From Macrostomum lignano (lineage: Eukaryota), in the NCBI GenBank assembly GCA_002269645.1, contig NIVC01001652.1, forward strand, positions 120,924 to 184,923: a stretch of 64,000 nucleotides of DNA, read 5' to 3'. The position numbers and the translations under genes are program-made. The notes beneath the pieces are model-generated. The model saw only the letters and a list, made by a program, of their open reading frames with translations, was not told where the DNA came from and did not search any database. How positions within the stretch are numbered: position 1 is the stretch's first letter; each line of letters opens with the position of its first letter. This document shows positions 13,187 through 25,624 of this stretch, in pieces.

Positions 13187-13593
13187 CCCTGCTGCACAGT
13201 GGCGGGCGGGTGCCGTAGCCAGGACAGGTACTTATTGATGGCCCACTGCCGGCCGCCCTCGCCAATGCGGGCCTGGGCGAATTCAATGACGGCGTACTGC
13301 GAGACGGCGCTTTTCAGGTGCGCGCCCAGCGTGTCCTCGTGCAGAGACAAGCCGGTCTTCAGCGACTTCAGCTTGTGCACCGTGTGCAGGTCGGCGATGA
13401 AGGCGACGCAGTCGGTGAGGCTGGATCGCATCAGCTCAGCGGCGCCCGTGTTGACCGACAGGCAGCCGGTGAGCTGCTGGCCGAGGCTCTCCGCTAGGAG
13501 GCTGGGCTCGACGCAGCCGCCAGCGTCGATGAGCACCAGCTGGACCAGCAGCAGGAAGTTCTCGTCCGGTAGACTGCAGCGAAACTTCAGGGC
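13187..13593 (-). CDS. unc79: unc-79 exon ALKFRCSLPDENFLLLVQ..WLRHPPATVQQG
   Basis: TATCAG acceptor, GG|GTGAGC donor, 407 nt, phase 0/2; homology. Confidence 0.95.
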
Positions 13594-13679
13594 CTGATAA
13601 AGGCATTTTGATCAGTAAGGTTTGCAGCTGGATGCGTAGCTTTGAGTGTAGTGCAGGGTAGGCATAGCAGATTGCCGAG

Positions 13680-13890
13680 AGTGTGTACATTGAGGGGATG
13701 GAAGTTCATCGAGAGTGTACATTGAGGGGGGTAGAAGTTTAACAAGAATGTACATTGAGGGGTAGAAGTTCATCGATCGATAGTGTGCATTGAGAGGGTA
13801 GAATTTCAACGAGAGTACATTGAAGGAGGGTAGAATTTCAACGAGTGTACATTGATGAGGTAGAAGTTCATCGAGAGTGTACATTGGAGA
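13680..13890. repeat. Degenerate ~34-bp repeat GTGTACATTGAGGGGGGTAGAAGTTCATCGAGA
   Basis: About 6 diverged copies. Confidence 0.8.
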
Positions 13891-14023
13891 TAGAGGCTTA
13901 GCTATCTGGAGCGCGTATAGTGGGGTCAGAGTTTTAGAACATACTAGATAGATAGAGACAAACTATTTTTAGTACATAGGATGTGGATTTGGGTAGAATT
14001 TGACATTCTTTAAATTCTCTCAC

Positions 14024-14410
14024 CTGCACCAGCAGCATAATAGCGGTCCTAGTCACGTGCTGCTTGTCCCGCTCCTTGGTGAAGACCCGATTGCAGGCTG
14101 AGCAGAGCTCAACCAGGCTAGACAGGGACACGACGCAGTTGCACAGTAAGAATTCCAGCACCCTGCCAACTGGCTCCAGCACAGTTTTGTGATTGTTAAT
14201 CACGGGCGAGCGGAACAGGCAGTGCAGAATGCGGAACACACACTCGTGGTTGAACTGGGCGCTGGACACCGGCAGACAGGGAGCCAGGCGGCGCAGGAAG
14301 ATGTCGACCCGCTCCAGCAGGGTGGACCAGGAGGCCGAGGCGGCCGGCTCGGTGGGCAGGCACTCCAGGTAGGCGCTGACGTTCTCCATCAGCTGGGCCA
14401 GTGAGTCCGG
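14024..14410 (-). CDS. unc79: unc-79 exon PDSLAQLMENVSAYLECLP..TRTAIMLLVQ
   Basis: CCGCAG acceptor, CAG|GTGAGA donor, 387 nt, phase 0/0. Confidence 0.93.
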
Positions 14411-14595
14411 CTGCGGGTTACGAGGGTGGTCTCATTCCGATTCATAGCCTATGAGCTGGTTTCAACAGGTTTTGAGAACAATTTTGCAAGCCAAACTATG
14501 CACTGCTGCAGGCCCTGTGTATTCTCTGGGTGACGTACAAGTCACCCACCGAGTAAAGAGGCCCATACCTAGCTCCTAACTGCGACTCCTCTCAC

Positions 14596-14711
14596 CTGAG
14601 GCAGGCTCTTTCGCTCGTTAAGCGCCTCGAGCAACATTTCCAACGGGCGGAAGCAGTTCATTTCCTGGAAATCCACCAGCACGGCCACCATGCACTTGAA
14701 GAAGCCTTCGT
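14596..14711 (-). CDS. unc79: unc-79 exon (Y)EGFFKCMVAVLVDFQEM..LEALNERKSLPQ
   Basis: TTTTAG acceptor, CAG|GTGAGA donor, 116 nt, phase 1/0. Confidence 0.92.
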
Positions 14712-14792
14712 CTAAAAATGTAAGGAGGTTGAGAGAGGGTCACTGACAGAGCTAAGAGACCTCAGCAAAGTCTGTTATTAGCAGACACTCAC

Positions 14793-15205
14793 ACTCAATC
14801 TTGGTCTGGAACAGCTGCACAAACAGGCCATTGGGCGCCAGCTGGTGAAACGAGCATCTCAGAAACTGCTTAGCAACGCTGTTCATATTGCCCGGCGCAA
14901 TCACGTTAGGCTGGTTGGCCTTCCACGAGTAGGCATTGTGCAGTACGATCTTGGACACGGCTGAGAACATGCTCATCAGCATGGGGGCGGCCATCACGGG
15001 CTCGCGGTGGACGAATGCTCCCAGACACACGATAGCCAGCGAGATTGTGTCCTCATCGTACTGCTCAATGATGGCGTTACAGAATTGGCACCTGTTCAGC
15101 ATGAACGGCTCGATCACCTTCTTGAATGACGGCTTCTTGCCAGCTCCGCCGCTGGCGCTGCCGCCCGACTGCAACTTCGACAGAGTGTCTGCCCGCCTGG
15201 GACGC
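14793..15205 (-). CDS. unc79: unc-79 exon ..RCQFCNAIIEQYDEDTISLAIV..AKQFLRCSFHQLAPNGLFVQLFQ
   Basis: Strong homology; T|GTGAGT donor. Acceptor position uncertain (15205 or 15196, same phase). Confidence 0.92.
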
Positions 15206-15359
15206 CTGGGGATCGTACGGCGGCGGGAACAGGTTACGTGGGGACACTTTGGGACGCACGCTGTTTCTATAACAACGGTTTCTATTAAAAATTATTCAAA
15301 TGTTTCGTAACAGTTGCTAGACAGTTTCCGATAGCAGTTTTTTCGACGCAATTTCTACA

Positions 15360-16110
15360 TTGCAGTTGCTACGTTCCTCCCCATAGCAACCGTTGCTAAG
15401 CAGGTTATATAGCAACCGTTGCTAAGTCGTTTCTACAGCAACCGTTGCTAAGCCGGTTATATAGCAACCGTTGCTACGTTCCTCCCCATAGCAACCGTTT
15501 CTAAGTCGTTTCTATAGCAACCGTTGCTAAGTTGTTTCTATAGCAACCGTTGCTAAGTCGTTTTTATAGCAACCGTTGCTATGCCGGTTATATAGCAATC
15601 GTTGCTAAGTTGTTTCTATAGCAACCGTTGCTAAGTCGTTTTTATAGCAACCGTTGCTATGCCGGTTATATAGCAACCGTTGCTAGGCCATATTTATAGC
15701 AACCGTTGCTAAGCCGGTTATATAGCAACCGTTGCTAAGTCTTTTCTATTCAATATAGCAACCGTTGCTACGTTCCTCCCCATAGCAACCGTTTCTAAGT
15801 CGTTTCTATAGCAACCGTTTCTAAGCTGTTTCTTTAGCAACCGTTGCTATGTCGTTTATAAAGCAACCGTTGCTAAGACGATTCTATAGGAACTGTTGCT
15901 AAGCCTGTTCTATAGCAACCGTTGCTAAGCCGGTTCCATGGCAACTGTTGTTGAGTCGTTGCTATAGCAACAGTTGCTAAGCTGTTTCTGCAGCAACCGT
16001 TGCTAAGCTCTTTCTATAGCATCAGTTGCCATAAATTTTCTAAAGCAACCACAGCTAAGCAACGTTCGTAGATAAAACTAGTGGCAGCACAATAGCAACG
16101 GTTGCTATGA
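15360..16110. repeat. ~26-30-bp palindrome-rich array (TAGCAAC-C-GTTGCTA)
   Basis: Repeated ATAGCAACCGTTGCTAAG with variable linkers. Confidence 0.93.
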
Positions 16111-16883
16111 AGTTTTATATTTGCATTTGAATTCAATCCGTAATAATTCAGACACTGGGGAACAGCGTGCAGCAGGCGAGTTCTCTTCAATGCTATAAAC
16201 AAGTGGATAGGCAAGCATGCAGCCTCCCCTCAGAACCGCGACATCAAAGAGCGCCGGCATCTCAATTGAACTATAATAAAAGCACTTTAGTACACTGTGT
16301 ACCGACAGAAAAGGCAGCTTGACATACTGGGTCGGGTTCAGCGAACCAAGGAGAGCAATACAAATTGAAGAAATTGTTGCTTGCTTTTGCAGAATCAAGC
16401 AAGACTTGCGGCGGTTACTGGGTTGTACAAAAAATTAATAATTGACAAAACTGTCTGGCACTTTGGGAGCTGAGGTTGCACTAGATAATGGGTTTTGGCT
16501 GGCCATGGACAGATTGCAGTTGATAAATGGCCCTTTTAAAGACCGAATCCACAGTTCAGATGCTGCACTAAATGCCAGAGGTTAATATTACCTGTTACCT
16601 ACATGTGTCCTACTTTTCGTTACTGGCTACTGAATCTGAATCTGACCAGTCTAGCTTAGAATCCCTGTCAGACCCCATCAAGTTGCATTGAAGTTTAAGC
16701 AGACTATTAAATATCAGGTATTATTAACTGCACAATAATAGAACTCAAGCAGACTATAAAGTATGTAAAGGTTCATCTGGCTCTAAGGAACCGGTACAAG
16801 CTACAGTCCTCAGTATAGCTGTCGCTCATAAAGTTCCGGAGAAACTATAAAAATTTATTAATGACTTGGTGGAACTCGAGAAC

Positions 16884-16973
16884 CTTTTCCGGCGTCTCTT
16901 CCGGCTGGAGACGCCTTCGCAGACTGAGAGAATCTCCAGGCCGTTGAGCAGGGCGGCGATGCCGTACTCGCAG
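16884..16973 (-). CDS. unc79: Probable 90-nt unc-79 exon (frame SCEYGIAALL..KRRRK if phase 2/2)
   Basis: GC-rich island, GACAG acceptor, weak AAAAG|GTTCTC donor; no homology recognised; reading frame uncertain. Confidence 0.45.
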
Positions 16974-17009
16974 CTGTCGGTTGGTCGGCCAGCGAGCGGG
17001 GGCTTCATT

Positions 17010-17061
17010 CACCGATTGATTGATTGATTGATTGATTGACTGATTGATTGACTGATAAATA

Positions 17062-17093
<32 letters not shown>

Positions 17094-17133
17094 AATTGAT
17101 TGATTGATTGACTGATTGATTGACTGATAAATA

Positions 17134-17185
<52 letters not shown>

Positions 17186-17186
17186 A

Positions 17187-17223
<37 letters not shown>

Positions 17224-17304
17224 CTGATAGATAGATAGATTGATTGATTGATTGATTGACTGATAGATTGACTAATAGATAGATAGATAGATAGATAGAT
17301 AGAT

Positions 17305-17392
<88 letters not shown>

Positions 17393-17535
17393 GGACTGAC
17401 TAGTTGACTGATTGACTGATAAATTGATAGATAGATTGATTGATTAATTGATTGATTGATTGATTGGCTGGTTGGTTGACTGATTGATTGATTGATTGAC
17501 TGGTTGATGATTGTTGACTGACTGATTTATTGATT
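17010..17535. repeat. (GATT)n/(GATA)n microsatellite
   Basis: Direct reading. Confidence 0.97.
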
Positions 17536-17880
17536 GGTTAGGTATGTGTGGGAAAATGAACAATTGATTCACTGACTGCCAATTCATCAATAGGCTTCAG
17601 TGAATGAGCAGCTTTTAATATGGAAAACAAGTTAGAAAAGGTTCGCGCAAAGCTTTGCTCTCAGATGGAGCAAACTGGCGCCACAGCGATCTAAGTGTAA
17701 AAAAGCCATGAAACATCAGGTCACAGGCAAACAGGCATGCACAATCAATCAGTCAACTTGCAACCCACTGTCAGAAAAATTAGAAATGTTATCTGTGAAA
17801 AAACATCAACGCAAAAGTACTCGAAAATGAACCGAAAACACCCTGGAAGTCTCCAAAACCCTGTGACAGACTTGACTCAC

Positions 17881-18580
17881 CTCCTGCCGGTGTCCTCCCG
17901 GTGGCTGATGAGCTTCTGCATCTCGATGGTGCTCAGCCCTGTCTTCCTGGCCTTCTTCTGCCGGAACTGCGGCCGGGCGTCGCCGTAGCCCCCACCGCGC
18001 CGCCGCCAGCCTCGCCGGAGTCGGGATCGGCCGCCAGCGCCTCCAGGCTCACCTGGCGCGGGTCCAGCCGGCGGGGACCTTCGTCGCTCTGCTGACTGCC
18101 CGCCTCGCCGTTGTCGCTGGAGCCGCCTGGCGAGTCGCCGCCGCTGCCGCCTCCGCCAGCAGCGGCCAAGGCGCCGCTGGTCATCGAGCCGACCGCGGGC
18201 AAGTCGGTGCTGAAGCTGATCGTCTTTTCCGGCTTCTGCGGCGGCGCCAGGGGCAGCCCGCCACCGCTGCTGCCGCCTCCGTTGCTTTCAGAGAAGGCGC
18301 GCAGCTCCTCCTGCATCTTCAGCTCCACGTTGGTGGACAGCGGGCGCCCACCCGAAGACGCCATCGCGCCGTTGCCGCTGACGCCGCCGAAGCCGCTGCT
18401 TGTCAGCGCGTCGCCGCCGCCGTGGCTGACAAACAGCAGCGGATCACCGGGCCGCCGGGCCTCCGTGCCCGCACCGGCACCGCTGCTGCCGCCGCCGCCA
18501 GCGCCGCCAATGGCGGTCTCCGAAATTGAGCCGGTGCGACTCGAGGGCCGGTTGGAGAACACCGACATCTCCAGCTGCTC
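17881..18580 (-). CDS. unc79: unc-79 low-complexity exon(s) EQLEMSVFS..DPRQ / FRQKKARKTGLSTIEMQK; frame change between 18052 and 17967
   Basis: CCGCAG acceptor at 18581, AG|GTGAGT donor at 17880; either an 86-nt intron 17967-18052 or a 1-nt deletion. Confidence 0.8.
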
Positions 18581-18649
18581 CTGCGGCACAGAGGAAGGAG
18601 GACGGAGTGCTGCCTGTGGCTTGCTGGCGCAGATGAAATCAGCTAATAA

Positions 18650-20232
18650 ATGCCCCACACTATCAGCCCCACCCACCCACACTTTCAGCACCACCCACCC
18701 CACACTTTCAGCACCACCCACCCACTCCACAATCAGCCCCACCCACCCACACTTTCAGCACCACCCACCCCACACTTTCAGCACCACCCACCCACACTTT
18801 CAGCACCACCCACCCCACACTATCAGACCCACCCAGCCAACACTGTCAGCCCCACCCACCCCATACTATCAGCCCCACCCACCCCACACTATCACCACAC
18901 CCACCCCACACTGTAAGCCCCACCCACCCCACACTATAAGCCCCACCCACCCCACACTGTAAGCCCCACCCACCCCACACTATCAGCCTCACCCACCTCA
19001 CACTATCAGCCTCACCCACCCCACATTGTAAGCCCACCCACCCCACACTGTAAGCCCCACCCACCCCACACTGTAAGCCCACCCACCCCACACTGTAAGC
19101 CCACCCACCCCACACTATAAGCCTCACCCACCCCACACTATCAGCCTCACCCACCCCACACTGTAAGCCCACCCACCCCACACTATCAGCCTCACCCACC
19201 CCACACTATCAGCCTCACCCACCCCACACTGTAAGCCCCACCCACCCCACACTATCAGCCCCACCCACCCCACACTGTAAGCCCCACCCACCCCACACTG
19301 TAAGCCCCACCCACCCCACACTGTAAGCCCCACCCACCCCACACTATCAGCCTCACCCACCCCACACTATCAGCCCCACCCACCCACACTTTCAGCACCA
19401 CCCACCCCACACTTTCAGCACCACCCACCCACTCCACAATCAGCCCCACCCACCCACACTTTCAGCACCACCCACCCCACACTTTCAGCACCACCCACCC
19501 ACTCCACAATCAGCCCCACCCACCCACACTTTCAGCACCACCCACCCCACACTTTCAGCACCACCCACCCACACTTTCAGCACCACCCACCCCACACTAT
19601 CAGACCCACCCAGCCAACACTGTCAGCCCCACCCACCCCATACTATCAGCCCACCCACCCCACACTATCACCCACCCACCCCACACTGTAAGCCCCACCC
19701 ACCCCACACTATAAGCCCCACCCACCCCACACTGTAAGCCCCACCCACCCCACACTATCAGCCTCACCCACCTCACACTATCAGCCTCACCCACCCCACA
19801 CTGTAAGCCCCACCCACCCCACACTGTAAGCCCACCCACCCCACACTGTAAGCCCACCCACCCCACATTGTAAGCCCACCCACCCCACACTGTAAGCCCC
19901 ACCCACCCCACACTATCAGCCTCACCCACCCCACACTATCAGCCTCACCCACCCCACACTGTAAGCCCCACCCACCCCACACTATCAGCCTCACCCACCC
20001 CACACTATCAGCCTCACCCACCCCACACTGTAAGCCCCACCCACCCCACACTATCAGCCCCACCCACCCCACACTATCAGCCTCACCCACCCCACACTGT
20101 AAGCCCCACCCACCCACACTATCAGCCCCACCCACCCCACACTGTAAGCCCCACCCACCCCACACTGTAAGCCCCACCCACCCCACACTGTAAGCCCCAC
20201 CCACCCCACACTGTAAGCCCCACCCACCCCAC
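18650..20232. repeat. C-rich 22-25-bp minisatellite (CAGCCCCACCCACCCCACACTAT and variants) with a larger internal block duplication
   Basis: Periodicity; unit order at ~18700-19400 recurs at ~19500-20200. Confidence 0.95.
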
Positions 20233-20255
20233 CCGGAGCGAAGCGCGCCCCTCAC

Positions 20256-20456
20256 CCTGGCATCGGCGTCGCCAACGGTAACCGAGGCCAGCACCTGGTC
20301 GCCGGGGCTGTGCAGGCCGGCATCCTCGGACCCGCTGCCGCCGGAGCCCTGAATGTCGAACAGCGGCCGGCCGCCGGACTTGTTGCGATTTCGCATCCGG
20401 GTGACCGGCGAGGCGAATTTCAAATCGGAACCGTCGGCGTCCGGTTTCGTTCTCGG
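20256..20456 (-). CDS. unc79: unc-79 exon PRTKPDADGSDLKFASP..VGDADAR
   Basis: CGCCAG acceptor, AGG|GTGAGG donor, 201 nt, phase 0/0, GC-rich; supported by phase and composition, not homology. Confidence 0.8.
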
Positions 20457-20599
20457 CTGGCGAGCGGAAGAATAGAGCATTAGCGGGGTGCGGGGAGTTC
20501 AATCGGGTTGCCAGGGCATTCAGTTATGTGGGGTTATAATATTTGATGCAAGAAATCGGCTAGAAAATATTTTTTGCTATGGCAAATCAGTTATGGGAA

Positions 20600-20842
20600 A
20601 TTAGTTGCTATGGGTAATGAGTTGCCATGGGGGATGAGTTGCCATGGGGAATGAGTTGCGATGGGGAATGAGTTGCTAAGGTTGCTATGGGGAATGGGTC
20701 ACTTTGGGTGGTAGGCTGCTATGGGCAGTAGGTTGCTATGGGCAGTTGGTTGCTATGGCTAGTTGGTTGCTATGGCTAGTTGGTTGCTATGGCTAGTTGG
20801 TTGCTATGGCTAGTTGGTTGCTATGGCTAGTTGGTTGCTATA
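20600..20842. repeat. 17-bp repeat GTTGCTATGGCTAGTTG and degenerate relatives
   Basis: Periodicity; starts ~12 nt after the exon donor. Confidence 0.88.
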
Positions 20843-20854
20843 AAGAATTCGCAC

Positions 20855-20988
20855 CTTGTAGAAAGGCGGCCTCGAAGATCTCGAAGACGAGGCGGCAGCA
20901 AAGGTGGGAGCCTCGGTGAGCGGCGACAGCGTCGGGCTCTCGTTCTCCTGGATGGTGTCGATGTCGCCGATGGACACTGTGCTGGCGT
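20855..20988 (-). CDS. unc79: unc-79 exon (D)ASTVSIGDIDTIQENESPTLSP..PPFYK
   Basis: CTGCAG acceptor, AAG|GTGCGA donor, 134 nt, phase 1/0. Confidence 0.82.
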
Positions 20989-23900
20989 CTGCAGGACAGT
21001 TGTGCAATCAGTTACACGTTTGGATTCTTCAGCTTTGTCAACCACAGCTTTCTATGATAGATGAATGAAGAAGCCGGTTACTGGGCAACCTCAGTAAGCG
21101 ATGAGAAATTTAAAAAATCAACAAGCGAATCCTACAAGCGCAGAGCCCCGTGGCTTTCGTTCACCATCGCTCGCCCAGGCCCAATCGAACTTTTTATGAC
21201 AAGTTCGAGTTAAAGCAAAAGTGCAAATCGAAATTCAATTTCCGAACTAATCAATAAACCTGTGTGCCGTAATTGCAGATTTCGGTATATGAATTTGATA
21301 AATTGATTATAAATATTAAAAAGCACTGCAAAAGTGAATCAACTGTTCAGATAGTTGAGAAGGAGTTCATTTGATCAATTTATTGGGAATAGTGAAAATC
21401 TCCACCCGTAACCGGGAGAATCTCCCCGAAAGCGAGTGCAATAACTCATTTTCTTTAAATAACAGTTCGATGGAAGCGAATAGGCTAAAATTTCAATCGA
21501 TAATGCTGATCGGAGCCCTGAACCAGGTGCCTTCCAATGGGACAAACCTGACTCCAGACCGACAAACAGAGTTCTGGCTGCAAGTGGGGGAACAGATCGA
21601 ATTTGGTGCGAAATTTTTGGTTTTGGCTTTGGTGCAAAATCTGCTGCGCACTAACTGTCGTTGCGGAGATGTGCATGTGCAGACACTACTACTTGCAAGC
21701 TATACGAGCAGTAGCACACGTTGGACGTAAAACAATTTGATTCTGGTCAAATCCAACAGCAATTTAAGTAGAATTCTACTCTAAAATAATATTACATACA
21801 TCGTTTCGAAAAAAAACAGCTAAATAATACAGACACTAAAGCCAGTTCAAAATAGCTCGGGATTCTGTGCTAGTCGCACAACACGACTCTTCATCTGATC
21901 TATTCAACATAATGCAATGCACAATGCACATACATACTACCGGCTAAAGTAGTAAAGAAAATCTCAAATTAAGAGGACCAGAAGAAATGAAGATGCATGC
22001 AATATGTCTCTGACATTGCATTGTTAATTTAACAAACTAAATCACGGTAACGTATTATCAATGATATGAATAAAATACATTGCGTTTGCTAAGTAAAGAA
22101 AAAAGGTAAAGAAAGTTAGTTATTTTAGTCTCTAAATAAACAAAGGTGTTACAGTGTTCATTTAATGTTTTGTTATATTCATCATAGGACAGAGAGAAAG
22201 AGGGAGACTCCACAGACTGCAGAATACACTTGAAGTCAATCATTACAAGGCCAACTTAATCTAAAGGATGGAAGACCTGGTTTGTAAGAAAATATTTTGT
22301 ATTAAGAAAAAAATGTATTAAGAAACGAGGTTTCAAGAAGTCCTATTTATTTCTTACATGCTTTTATTCAGGCACCAGAATTTAATGATTCCCACCCCAC
22401 TATTTTATTATAAAATGTTGAGCCAGGGGAGCGGCTTCTATAAATCAATTCAGGGCTGGATAGAAGCTGGAGAGAGATAACATGGTAGATGGTACATTCG
22501 GTGGTGTAGCACTGGCTAAAATAGATAAACAGACCTTAAATCACTCAAGGGGCGCAGACTAGATAAGGGATTCCAAGTTCCAACTAAAAGAAAATTAACC
22601 ATGGACCCACGATCTAGTGCGGGTCCACACTCCACATCCACAGGGTACAAGGGAGGGTTGTTGTCTTGCCATCGGAGGCGTCTGCCAAATTAATTAATAT
22701 AACAAAGAATAAATTTTTCTAATAAACTAAAGGAAGCAAACGACAGCATCTGTTTCCCGAAGCCTATATGCATCGATAAAAATATAGGGAAGCAGTTTGT
22801 TCTACATTTATTCTAGAATATTCTAGGATCACTACAGGAGTGCAGGACCGATTCAGACTTCAGAGTAGACCAGTGTTTTTTTCTTTAGTACTCGTACGTG
22901 TTAGTGGAATGCCTATCTAGTCCGTTGCAATGCTCTGTTGTTGAGACTGGGAATAATAACACACGAAGTTAGAACGAGCATGGAAAGGAACGACCCACGA
23001 AGAGAGAAGGCTAAGGGCACGTGACGTGGGGGTTGGGTTTAGACAATAGTGTACATTGGACCCCCCAGGGGGAGTGATAACTGATAAGGGTAGAAAATCA
23101 GCACAAAGCGAGGAGAGGGAGGTAGAGAAACATGTACATCTAACCCAGACGAAGACCACCCAGTTTGTGACATGATAAATTGTTATTGTCTCGCAGTTAA
23201 TTATCTTAAGATTAAAAAAAGAGGAATGATACTTGTTACTTAAAATTTATCATTAAACTAAGCAGGATCATAAAGACTAGTGCAAATAGAATTAGTTTTA
23301 CTAGCTGAATGCAGCCCGGAACACACAGCACGCCAGACTATTGGTTTTCAAGATGCTCATATAAAACAGCCTACAAAGGGGACATAAAAAACTGCCAAAT
23401 AAGGCAAGTTGGTGCAGACAACTCGGATCGGTGGAGCACAGAGCGGAGTGCTGTACCAACCTTTGGGTTTATCCAGCTTCTCCGAGCCTAAAAAAGCGAG
23501 TGTTAGTTGGCATAAAGACGGCATTAATGCACAGTCTAGGCATGTCAGCTGTAAGAAAACTGAAGGAACGCGTGCCAGCAGATATTGTTGAGTGTAGTGG
23601 GAGAAAAGATTGGAGCAAAGCTTTAAAAAATTGCGTTGAATTCAATAGTAATCTACTAAAAATAAGAAGCACATAAATTTAAACAGCTATCAACTATCAC
23701 TCTATCAAAGCATTTTAATTTTCAGGACGAAAAATCTTTTTTTAAGTGAATAAAATTACAAATACGTTTAAAGGTGCCAAATTAAAGTCTAGCAGCACAA
23801 AATACGTAGAGTGCGGAAATGTAGGGAGCCGAAAAGTACATTAGTAAAAGCAACACAGGCCGGCTTTATCCAGCATGCAGTTGTTGGCATGGGTGTCTAA

Positions 23901-24079
23901 ACTCTCTTTTCTGTTTCGTTTTGTATCTACTCTTTAAAACAATATTTCATGTTATGATAATCAATGCGTGTTACTAAGAGTAATATTTAAAATGATTGCC
24001 AACTGGTCCAGCCAATAAACATTTGTAGACATTACGTAAAACAAAAAATCAACTTTATCATCGCATTAAAATTTTTAAC

Positions 24080-24580
24080 ATAAACCCCAACCACATCCAT
24101 AATGGAGCCATAATGCCCCACAAACCCCACCCCCAAACCCTACCCCACCAACCCTACCCCACAAACCCCACCCCCCAAACCCTACCCCACCAATCCTATC
24201 CCACAAACCCCACCCCACCAACCCTACCCCACCAACCCTACCCCACCAACCCTACCCCACCAACCCTACCCCACCAACCCTACCCCACCAACCCTACCCC
24301 ACCAACCCTACCCCACAAACCCCAACCCCCAAACCCTACCCACCAACCCTACCCCACCAACCCTACCCCACCAACCCTACCCCACCAACCCTACCCCACA
24401 AACCCCAACCCCCAAACCCTACCCCACCAACCCTACCCACCAACCCTACCCCACCAACCCTACCCACAAACCCCAACCCCAAACCCTACCCCACCAACCC
24501 CACCCCACAAAACCTACCCCACAAAACCTACCCCAACAACCCCACCCCACAAAACCTACCCCACAAAACCCTACCCCAGA
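24080..24580. repeat. C-rich 14-bp repeat CCCTACCCCACCAA
   Basis: Periodicity. Confidence 0.93.
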
Positions 24581-24599
24581 TAATAACAATAACTTAACT

Positions 24600-24857
24600 G
24601 ATTACACCTGCTCTAATGGAATGGGGAGATGGGAAACCGACAGCTCAGCCGCAGCTATTGGGCGGCACATCTGAAGGCTGTTCAGTTTAAGGACTGGGGA
24701 GTCGCCACGCACACCCTCAATTACCCCAGCTAATGCTGGTATTTACAGCTGGGTGAACTGAAGCAATGCAGTTTGACAAAAATTGTTTCGAATGGGTCGA
24801 GAATCGAACCCGAACTTTCGGTAGAGTCCGACGCTCTAACCACTAGGCTACAACCCC
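24600..24857 (-). mobile_element. tRNA-derived SINE
   Basis: Minus strand: GGGGTTGTAGCCTAGTGG (A box) and GGTTCGATTC (B box, 24801-24810), followed by a non-tRNA body containing TTGCTTCAGTTCACCCAGCTGTAAAT; 3' end approximate. Confidence 0.65.
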
Positions 24858-25039
24858 TACCCTACAAGAGCTACTCTAAAAGCCTCACATAACCGCAACT
24901 GTGCCTCAATGGTACTGCAAAATGGTGGCTTTACAAAAATTTGAATTCCTTCGGCAAGAAAAAATCGATCAGCAAGGACAAAAAAACTGAAAAAAGCAAC
25001 TCAGAACACCTTTCTCCCCCGGTGGTAGCGCAAACTCAC

Positions 25040-25186
25040 CCCGTGGCCTGTGCGAATGCGAAGCCGGAGGTTCGAAGGCCTCCTCAGCGTTCTCCTTGCA
25101 CACGTGAACCTGAGCGTCTATCGTGTTGATTGCGATCTTCACGAGCACCTCCATGATGACGCGAAGTTGGGCGAGTTGTACTGGTA
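25040..25186 (-). CDS. unc79: unc-79 exon YQYNSP/LRVIMEVLVKIAINTIDAQVHVCK; apparent 1-nt deletion at ~25169
   Basis: CCGCAG acceptor, G|GTGAGT donor; matches YPY..ITVNTLNAQYHSCK only with a frameshift. Confidence 0.88.
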
Positions 25187-25398
25187 CTGCGGCGGCCAGA
25201 GCGGGGGGGCGAGTGAGTTGAGACAACAATACTAGTCACCACTCATTCATAAATAATCGTACGAGTTGCGGGCAAACTGGCAAAGCGTGAAAGCAATTCT
25301 GCCTTTATTTAAAGGGTCAACCTCCGCCCGCAATTTCCCTCAGTTTGCCAGTCAGCCCTCGCCGCAGTCTAAAAGTTGTAGCAAATCTCAAAGCCTAC

Positions 25399-25624
25399 CT
25401 TATAGAGAATGATGAGCAGGGCATTCAGCCAGTGGTTCCTAGTGTAGGGCTCCAGCAGGCAGAGGCTGTAGTCTGGTGGTTGGTTGTCGCTGGCATATCG
25501 CTGAGGCGACGGAGCGTACTGCAGCACTGCCAGGGCCACGTGAAGTACATTGTTGCCAACCTCAAAGTTGCAGTCTAGCACGGGCGAAATGCCGCCAATG
25601 AATGCGTGGAATACCGTCAGGCTC
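25399..25624 (-). CDS. unc79: unc-79 exon (R)SLTVFHAFIGGISPVLD..WLNALLIILYK
   Basis: AAG acceptor, AAG|GTAGGC donor, 226 nt, phase 2/0; homology. Confidence 0.93.

Noticed and set aside
18111-18962. 283-aa plus-strand ORF
   Set aside because: Antisense shadow of a GC-rich unc-79 exon running into a minisatellite
24790-24857. Functional tRNA gene
   Set aside because: A and B boxes are present but the spacing leaves no proper anticodon arm and I see no complete acceptor stem; it continues into a SINE-like body
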